Source of the DNA: Candidatus Heimdallarchaeota archaeon
GTDB lineage: Archaea > Asgardarchaeota > Heimdallarchaeia > Heimdallarchaeales > Kariarchaeaceae
Length of the DNA: 32,836 nt
Assembly: GCA_015523565.1 (NCBI GenBank)
Contig: WAKA01000020.1
Location: 1 to 32,836, forward strand
Direction of reading: 5' to 3'
Shown in pieces: positions 26,284 to 32,836 of this stretch; position 1 is the first letter of the stretch; each line of letters opens with the position of its first letter. The notes beneath the pieces were generated by a model that saw only the letters and a program-made list of their open reading frames with translations, had not been told where the DNA came from and made no database searches. The position numbers were made by a program, and so were the translations under genes.

Positions 26284-27360
26284 ATGTTAAGAGAAGAACT
26301 GGAGATAAACAGGTTCATACCCCATAAGGAAAGCCAAAAGAGACTGGAAAGCTATATTGATTTTTATGTCAAGTATAGGAAGAAATACTTTCCACTGAAC
26401 ATAATAGAGCCACGAGATCGATTAAGGCAATCATTAAGATTACCGCCGTCAAAGCAATGGAAAAACATCAGATATGTTGTGGAAGACGGTGACAAGATTA
26501 TAGCAACAGGATTTGTGGGATATTCCATAGGAGAAATCAACACAAATCCCGATTTTGCGGAAATCCACATTACAGTTGATCCCGAATATACTGGAAGAGG
26601 AATTGCAAAGGGATTATTGGGTGTTTTGGTTGATAAGGCAAAAGAATTGGGAAAGACAAAATACCATACATACATCAATACCCAAGACAGTTCAGGGATA
26701 GGGAGAATGTGGCTTGAGAAAGTCAAGGCAAAGAAAACGATTGAGGAATGCGACAACAGATTGATGAGGGAAAACATCAATTGGGAATATATTAGGGAGT
26801 CTATAGACAAGCTTGAGGAAAAGCTCTCAATGTATCAATTCATAAGAATGGGAAAGGACGAATATCTGGACAGGGTTGAAAAGGACGACAATTTTGCAAG
26901 GGAATTGGCAGATTATTTGACAGAGGTACAAAACCTGATACCAAGAGGCGAATCAAGTTGGAATGATACTGTAGTCACAATCAATGATTTACGAAGTGAC
27001 ATTGAAAAAAGCAGAAAGGTAAATTGGGATGCGGTGAAAATTTATGTTTTTGACAACAAAAAAATCATAGCCCATACGGAAACATACCATTGGAAGGAAG
27101 AGAAGGTTCCATTTGCAGAGACAGGAATGACTGCGGTAAGGAAGGAATATCAGAGAAAAGGCATAGCAACGTTTCTTAAGGCAAAGATTACAAGTCATTT
27201 GTTTTCCACCTATCCTGAAATGAAATTTATCGAGACGGAAAATGCGGAGACAAACAATGCAATGCTAAAGATCAATTGGAAACTGGGATACAGGGAAATA
27301 GCCAGATGGATTGAATATGAGGGAAAGGTAGAGGATCTGTACAGGTATTTGCAATCATGA
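26284..27360 (+). CDS. Tandem-domain GNAT N-acetyltransferase
   Basis: Two acetyl-CoA motifs: VDPEYTGRGIA and TAVRKEYQRKGIA..LK; T.NA..N..ML.IN.KLGY. Confidence 0.88.
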   Translation: MLREELEINRFIPHKESQKRLESYIDFYVKYRKKYFPLNIIEPRDRLRQSLRLPPSKQWKNIRYVVEDGDKIIATGFVGYSIGEINTNPDFAEIHITVDPEYTGRGIAKGLLGVLVDKAKELGKTKYHTYINTQDSSGIGRMWLEKVKAKKTIEECDNRLMRENINWEYIRESIDKLEEKLSMYQFIRMGKDEYLDRVEKDDNFARELADYLTEVQNLIPRGESSWNDTVVTINDLRSDIEKSRKVNWDAVKIYVFDNKKIIAHTETYHWKEEKVPFAETGMTAVRKEYQRKGIATFLKAKITSHLFSTYPEMKFIETENAETNNAMLKINWKLGYREIARWIEYEGKVEDLYRYLQS

Positions 27361-27419
27361 GGATTATGACATTTTGCATTTCAAGACACTGATAGAGTGT
27401 CGTGACATATCCAGAAAAT

Positions 27420-28064
27420 TTACAACCTTATTTCTTTGGCTTCAGGAAACAGCAGGGAATCGTCTTTCAGGGCAGTATTTGTATTCAAGGGGCGGCGAAA
27501 GATTGAATTCAACCGCGTCGCCCATAATACAACAGCCCAAAACAAGATATTGATCCAAGAGAAGACAGGAAGGGTTGTATCCAATGCAGACTCCTCCGAA
27601 AATAAAAGCAGAACCCATAGAAGACTTATTGACAGCACCAATGAAAGCAAAAGAGCCAAGACTTGTATTTTCCTGCTAAAATAAAATAGGAAACTGGCAG
27701 AAAATGTAACCAATAGGGGGTAAAAGGATGCCAATAAGAATAACACAGGGGAGTCACTGAAAGTAACATGCGTATTGGAAAATAATATGTTGTACATGAC
27801 AAGAAAAGGAGACATCCAACTAATTAAATGAATTAACCATAGTATCTGTCTTGAAGAAGGGGTGGTTTTCCGGAGTTTCAGATAGGAGATGATGGTGAAA
27901 GAAATGCCACCTGCCGGAGTGAAAATGCCAAAAAGAAACAAAAATAGATTAAAGCCAGAGGATAAGCTAAGAACACTAAAAAAAATGGAAAAGACGGAAA
28001 AAGCCTGGATAATACCAATAATACCCTCAGGAACCAATTCATATGATGGTGATGACATAAACAC
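27420..28064 (-). CDS. Hypothetical membrane protein
   Basis: 214 aa, about 6 hydrophobic segments, co-oriented with neighbours. Confidence 0.65.
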   Translation of the reverse strand: MFMSSPSYELVPEGIIGIIQAFSVFSIFFSVLSLSSGFNLFLFLFGIFTPAGGISFTIISYLKLRKTTPSSRQILWLIHLISWMSPFLVMYNILFSNTHVTFSDSPVLFLLASFYPLLVTFSASFLFYFSRKIQVLALLLSLVLSISLLWVLLLFSEESALDTTLPVFSWINILFWAVVLWATRLNSIFRRPLNTNTALKDDSLLFPEAKEIRL

Positions 28065-28087
28065 ATAATGGGTTGGGGTAAATAAAA

Positions 28088-28819
28088 CTATTTCACATCG
28101 CCCGTGAACAAAAAGAAAACTTGACCGCCAGGAGCCTTAAGTGCGGCATCGATTGCCTTTTTCCCGTTTAATTCATAAGTGGTTTCCTCTTCGAAGGAAA
28201 AGCCTTGTGTCTTGAGTTTGCGGATCACTTTTGCCATATCGGGATGAAAATAGGTCAAGGCTGTTTTGACGCCCATTTCATGAGCATGGAGCCCCAAAAT
28301 AAGCAGTCCGTCTGACAGGATGGCAAATTCCCATTTGTCATCCCTTAACAGGACATCAAAGCCCAATTTTTTCCAATAGCCAATAGAGTCATCAAGATCA
28401 CCCACATGGATTGAATATTCTCCAAAATACCCATAAGGGACTGCCGTTTCTCCAAAAGGATCGGAAGATGCAATGCCATTCCCCTGCACAATATTAACAG
28501 GAATACCGTCCTTCGTTATGAAAAAGGCAGAGACGTTATTTCTTTTGTCCTCTTGGATCGTGACATGGATACCTGCCGCCTCCAATTTTTCAACAACATC
28601 CACAATATCGGGAGTAAAATAGATTATCCCAGAATAATCAAATTCTTCAGACTCATTCAACAGTATTTGAGCACGACCATCAGAATAGATTGCATATTTT
28701 TCATCTATGGATGTCGTTCCCTCTTTCACTTTCACAAATCCCAACCTTTCCATAAAGTTTTTCGTTTCGGAGAATACAGTACTCCCTATTACAAATTGTG
28801 CAGAGACACCTAATTTCAT
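28088..28819 (-). CDS. VOC/glyoxalase-family protein (two domains)
   Basis: F.ERLGF and V.DL..S..YW.KLGF...SDG...LGLH repeats. ATG at 28819 (ORF track 28831). Confidence 0.75.
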   Translation of the reverse strand: MKLGVSAQFVIGSTVFSETKNFMERLGFVKVKEGTTSIDEKYAIYSDGRAQILLNESEEFDYSGIIYFTPDIVDVVEKLEAAGIHVTIQEDKRNNVSAFFITKDGIPVNIVQGNGIASSDPFGETAVPYGYFGEYSIHVGDLDDSIGYWKKLGFDVLLRDDKWEFAILSDGLLILGLHAHEMGVKTALTYFHPDMAKVIRKLKTQGFSFEEETTYELNGKKAIDAALKAPGGQVFFLFTGDVK

Positions 28820-28896
28820 TTTTTCCACCAAGATTGGTTAATTTCAATAAAGTTTGAGAGTTAAAAACATATTGCCCCCCGTCAAGTGCTGAGCCT

Positions 28897-29469
28897 TTAA
28901 ATTGAGGAATTTTCTTCAGGAAATAGATCAACAAGTACCTCTGTTTTTAGTTCCAATCCCTTGAAAAATTTGGCAAACACAATCCAAGAAATGCCACTGC
29001 CGAACAATAAAGAAAGGAGAATTTCATTGAAGAGGTCAGGGGAAGGAAGCAGAAAGAATATCTTTTGCACCATGAAGTCCAAGGGCATGAAGAAAGAATT
29101 TAGGATAAGCAAGGGGTGATTTTTATTTAGAATTGCAAAACCAGTAACAAAGCAGATCAAACTAAGGGATACTACAACCTGAAAGGGAATGGATCCAATT
29201 GAAATGATGCCCAATGAAAAAATGATTAAAAGCAATCCAACTTTTGATTTTGCCCTTAACTTGGAGAATTTCGATAAGAAAAAGAAAAACAAGGAAAGCA
29301 GGAGAATATAGCGTTTAAATTGAACCCAAATCAAAATTATGATGAAAACCACAAAACCAAGGGTTCCACCATTCTGAAGAGAAAGGAATACCATAATCCC
29401 AAAAAATAGGGACACAATGCCTACGACCCATGCGAAAATTTCAGCGGAGTCATTCCAAGACAATGACAT
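28897..29469 (-). CDS. Hypothetical membrane protein
   Basis: 190 aa, highly hydrophobic, ATG start. Confidence 0.6.
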   Translation of the reverse strand: MSLSWNDSAEIFAWVVGIVSLFFGIMVFLSLQNGGTLGFVVFIIILIWVQFKRYILLLSLFFFFLSKFSKLRAKSKVGLLLIIFSLGIISIGSIPFQVVVSLSLICFVTGFAILNKNHPLLILNSFFMPLDFMVQKIFFLLPSPDLFNEILLSLLFGSGISWIVFAKFFKGLELKTEVLVDLFPEENSSI

Positions 29470-29564
29470 ATAATCAGCTTATGAACGGAAGTTTTAGGTT
29501 TTTCTAAACGGGAACAAGAAATTTGAACTAACAATTGAAGTCAAGGGCAATTGAGAAGGAAAAC

Positions 29565-31151
29565 CTAGTTAATGGATTGAATGATGGTTTTCACAAGATT
29601 CAGATAATCATAGACTTCGGAGTTCCTGAGCTGCTCGCCCAAGTCAGTATTATCAAAAGTTTTCAGGAAAAGCTCATATGCCTTTGCCTTTTGAACCACA
29701 TGGGTCTTTTCCTCTTCAACCATCTCAGTAAGCTTTTCCACATTCCATTCCTTGGCAAGTTTTTCTGCATGTTCAATTTCCTTCATGGCCGCAGAGACGT
29801 CATTTAAAATGATTAGGAAACGAGCTTTGAGCAGGGAAATTTGAAGGCGGAGGATTCTAGAGGGATATGATTCCGTAAGTTTCACCAAGAATTGAAATGT
29901 CTGATTTATCTCATCCAGCACAGCCTCATTGAAATAAAATGAGAGTTCAATGAAAAGGGTTTGGAGATACAAGTAATTTGCATAGACTTTCAACCTGAAT
30001 TGCAGGTCATCATCAGTCTTGACTTTCCGAAGAATCCTCTGTGCCTTGACGAGACTTTCTGCACGGGGAATGGAAAGGTAATGGAAAACCTTTCCAAGGG
30101 ATATGAATTGACTGACATAACGTGAAGAAGCAGTTTCATGGATGACGGTAAGTGCATCCAGATATTTTTTTATGATTTCGGGTCGTTTTGCAGAAAATGC
30201 AACCTCTATGAAATTGAAGTAGACTTTGGCCAATTCAATGGGATTTGAAACGTCATTGGCAAAGTCCAAAGCCTTTTCAAGAGCTTTGAAGGCTTGGTCA
30301 TGATTTCCAAGAACGCTTTGGGCAATGCCCACATTGCGGTACAGAAAAGTTTTCACAAGGTTTTTTCCTTGAATGTTCTCCACCGTCTTGACAGCCATGC
30401 CAAAATGTTTCAGAAGATCATTAAAATTGCCTAAGTCACGATTGATGCGACCAAGTCTGACGTAGACGTTAACCAGATACGTGCTCTCCCTGATGGGGGA
30501 AAGCAAATCTTTTGCTTTTTCAAGTGCATTCAAGGCGTTGGGGTATTTCCCCCTGACATACTCCCATTCCGCATCAGTGGCATAGAATATCCCCTCATAA
30601 AGGAAATTAATTGAATGCTGTTCAATCAATGAAATGAAAATTTGGCGATAAGAGGGATAGCTTTCAAAATCGCTTTCCAATGCCAGTTCCATAAGGGAAA
30701 GGACAATATCCAAGTAATTGAAATTCCATTGGTTGTGCTTAGCCCATCCCAACGTCCGTTCATAATATTCCTTTGCCTTTGAAAAGTTCCCAATGGAATG
30801 ATAGCAGAATGCAATGGTTATTATGAGATGGGAATACCAGAATTGCAGGTACTTGTCATTGTCATCCAAATTGGTTTGTGACAGGAGTTTTTTTGCCTTA
30901 TGGGCAATGGTTTCAAATCCATCGGTACCCCTATAGATACGCCGCAATTCCGCACATTCCAAGGCGAATCGTGAATTTTGGGAAAGATCAGGAGAGATTT
31001 CAATAGGTGTATCAAACCTTTCGAAAATCTCGTCGACCAAAAACAGGTATGCGTCTTTTTCAGGAATTGAAGATTCTTTCATGAGTGAATGTGCCTCGTT
31101 GAAACGACCCTCCCACATCAGTTGGAAAAAGACAGGTCGTACATCGGACAT
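29565..31151 (-). CDS. Tetratricopeptide-repeat protein
   Basis: Repeated TPR-like units (IAFCYHSIGNFSKAKEYYERTL, LGRINRDLGNF, VGIAQSVLGNHDQAFKALEKAL). Confidence 0.82.
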   Translation of the reverse strand: MSDVRPVFFQLMWEGRFNEAHSLMKESSIPEKDAYLFLVDEIFERFDTPIEISPDLSQNSRFALECAELRRIYRGTDGFETIAHKAKKLLSQTNLDDNDKYLQFWYSHLIITIAFCYHSIGNFSKAKEYYERTLGWAKHNQWNFNYLDIVLSLMELALESDFESYPSYRQIFISLIEQHSINFLYEGIFYATDAEWEYVRGKYPNALNALEKAKDLLSPIRESTYLVNVYVRLGRINRDLGNFNDLLKHFGMAVKTVENIQGKNLVKTFLYRNVGIAQSVLGNHDQAFKALEKALDFANDVSNPIELAKVYFNFIEVAFSAKRPEIIKKYLDALTVIHETASSRYVSQFISLGKVFHYLSIPRAESLVKAQRILRKVKTDDDLQFRLKVYANYLYLQTLFIELSFYFNEAVLDEINQTFQFLVKLTESYPSRILRLQISLLKARFLIILNDVSAAMKEIEHAEKLAKEWNVEKLTEMVEEEKTHVVQKAKAYELFLKTFDNTDLGEQLRNSEVYDYLNLVKTIIQSIN

Positions 31152-31230
31152 ATGTTCATGATTGTTATGACTTTCCCATTTAACAACTTATCTATCGAAA
31201 GTTTACCTAGACAATCATCGGAAAGCATAT

Positions 31231-31602
31231 TTGAAATATTTGAATCGGCACTGCGTTAGACTTTTCAAACGAATGCATCTAAAAAAATTGATGACTGTTT
31301 CTTTTTTCCAATGCTCTTGGACAGACAAAGGGATTGTCCTCACCCAAAGCAATGCTGGTAAGGAGACCATTGAGATACCATGGAAGGACATCACAAAAAT
31401 ATGCTTTGAAGCGACAGATATCTATTCTACAGATAATATGCACATATATTTCAACAACTCCAAGGAAAAGGTGGTCATTCCATTAGATTCCGAAGGAGGC
31501 CATGCACTCTGGGACGAAATAGTCATCCGTAAATTGTTTGATGAGATTAAGGCAAATGAGTTGAGGTTTGCAGAGGACAGAACAATTTGCCACCCAGAAT
31601 AA
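31231..31602 (+). CDS. Hypothetical protein (beta-rich, possibly PH-like)
   Basis: DKGIVL....IPWKDITKI pattern; true start probably ATG 31273 or 31291. Confidence 0.6.
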   Translation: MKYLNRHCVRLFKRMHLKKLMTVSFFQCSWTDKGIVLTQSNAGKETIEIPWKDITKICFEATDIYSTDNMHIYFNNSKEKVVIPLDSEGGHALWDEIVIRKLFDEIKANELRFAEDRTICHPE

Positions 31603-31790
31603 CAATGATGATCACAAGAATATATTTCATTACAAACAAATAACCATTCAGAAGGTTAGATTAAAATGAATATCTGCCGAAAAAACATTATTATTGGCAA
31701 TTTCCTTAAGTCAAACCAAATAGGTTTGAACTTTGAGACGTTTTTGAACCAAAACTATAATATTCAATAAAACCAAAAAGAATTAGAATC

Positions 31791-32219
31791 ATGAATATTG
31801 CGGACTTAGTAAAAGTAATGGTGGCCGCAGATGGAAAAATCATTGGAAAGACGAAAATCATGAAGATTCTTTTCCTATTGGTAGATCGATATTTTCCAGA
31901 ACTAAAGGAAAGGGTGGATTTTTTCCCATACCAATTTGGACCATACAGTACAGAGATTGCCAAAACAATAAATGCAATGATAAAAAACGGGGTTCTAATT
32001 CCTGAGAAAAAAGGAAATATTTGGGAAATCCGACTATCCGACCAAGCCCTAGAAGAAGGAAAAAAACTCCTTGACCAATTGGAATTCAAAGAAGACATTG
32101 TCAACCTTGTAAAGGAAAGCAATAACGAAAGCTTAAGAACCCTATTAGCAAAAATTTATACATACTATCCAGAATACGCATACAATTCAAGAATATTAGC
32201 TCACGTAGTCGAGGAGTGA
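31791..32219 (+). CDS. YwgA/SocA (Panacea-like) winged-helix protein
   Basis: G.TKIMKILFL, F.PY.FGPYS.EI and Y..YPEY motifs. Confidence 0.6.
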   Translation: MNIADLVKVMVAADGKIIGKTKIMKILFLLVDRYFPELKERVDFFPYQFGPYSTEIAKTINAMIKNGVLIPEKKGNIWEIRLSDQALEEGKKLLDQLEFKEDIVNLVKESNNESLRTLLAKIYTYYPEYAYNSRILAHVVEE

Positions 32220-32737
32220 AATATTTGGAAACAGATATTCTTACATTGATTGCCTTGGTGACAGGATGGCTCACAGCCGTTGTCTCCAACATTCTTGAAT
32301 CAGTAGACAAAAAATATCGGGAGGTAGACAAAACACTCAAGTCTGAAATAGCTGAAAAAAAGCAGAAAGTTGCAGAGGAACTAACGGTTTTTTTCAAGTC
32401 ATTCTATACTACATTAAAGGAAAATGAGGGGCAACAGGGTTTTTTTGAAGAAATCATCCAGAATTACTCCGCGGAATTCAGGGAAATGAATGATCTTCTC
32501 AAGAAATGGTATAGGATAGATCAATTGAGAAAAAATTATACTGCCATCAAAAACAAGCTTACTGTTCTTATTTGGATACTCATAGCAATTGCATTATTGT
32601 TAGCCATGATCTATTATTACATCCCAAATCCAGGACTTCTGTTTTTGGAAATGTTTCTCGTGGGAATCATATTCTTAATACCCCCAATTTACAGGTTATG
32701 GTTGGAACGTACAGAACAATGGGTCATAAACCTGTAA
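32216..32737 (+). CDS. Hypothetical membrane protein (N-terminal TM, coiled coil, two C-terminal TM)
   Basis: 173 aa; GTG start overlaps the upstream TGA (GTGA). Confidence 0.65.
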   Translation: MKYLETDILTLIALVTGWLTAVVSNILESVDKKYREVDKTLKSEIAEKKQKVAEELTVFFKSFYTTLKENEGQQGFFEEIIQNYSAEFREMNDLLKKWYRIDQLRKNYTAIKNKLTVLIWILIAIALLLAMIYYYIPNPGLLFLEMFLVGIIFLIPPIYRLWLERTEQWVINL

Positions 32738-32836
32738 ACCACATTAGATGTTAATTGTCATGCTTATCATAAAATCCAGACTTTTATTTCTGTTTGCCGA
32801 TATACGATATACAAATCTCCACCACTTTTAAGGAAA

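Noticed and set aside
2391-32754. Many 60-180 aa ORFs antisense or out of frame to the called genes (e.g. 5722..6102, 18253..18795, 19485..20024, 21193..21660, 26364..26810, 31706..32122)
   Set aside because: They are shadow ORFs lying largely within well-supported genes.

Overview
A gene-dense window, most likely from an archaeal chromosome. TATA boxes lie a near-constant 28-31 nt before start codons, GGTGA-type Shine-Dalgarno sites occur inside operons, and the subtilisin is Thermococcales-like. A TPR protein, a Uma2-like ER-repeat protein and a prenyltransferase-repeat membrane protein suggest an Asgard/Heimdallarchaeia-like host (inference). Main blocks: (1) an anaerobic aromatic ring-reduction cluster had-bcrC-bcrB-bcrA-bcrD-oah, followed by a fused CoA-transferase-fold protein lacking the usual catalytic Glu and an SDR; (2) ccmF and a frameshifted prenyltransferase-repeat membrane protein downstream of cyanophycin synthetase cphA; (3) a cassette between cphA and cyanophycinase cphB made of an HxlR regulator, a 7-TM protein, a 12-TM His-rich heme-copper-oxidase-like protein and heme O synthase; (4) accessory genes: a nearly propeptide-less subtilisin, thioredoxin, PaaI thioesterase, MFS, tandem GNAT, VOC, TPR and a YwgA/Panacea-like two-gene unit. 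No rRNA, tRNA, CRISPR array or transposase was recognised. All family assignments come from motif recognition by eye; no searches were run.
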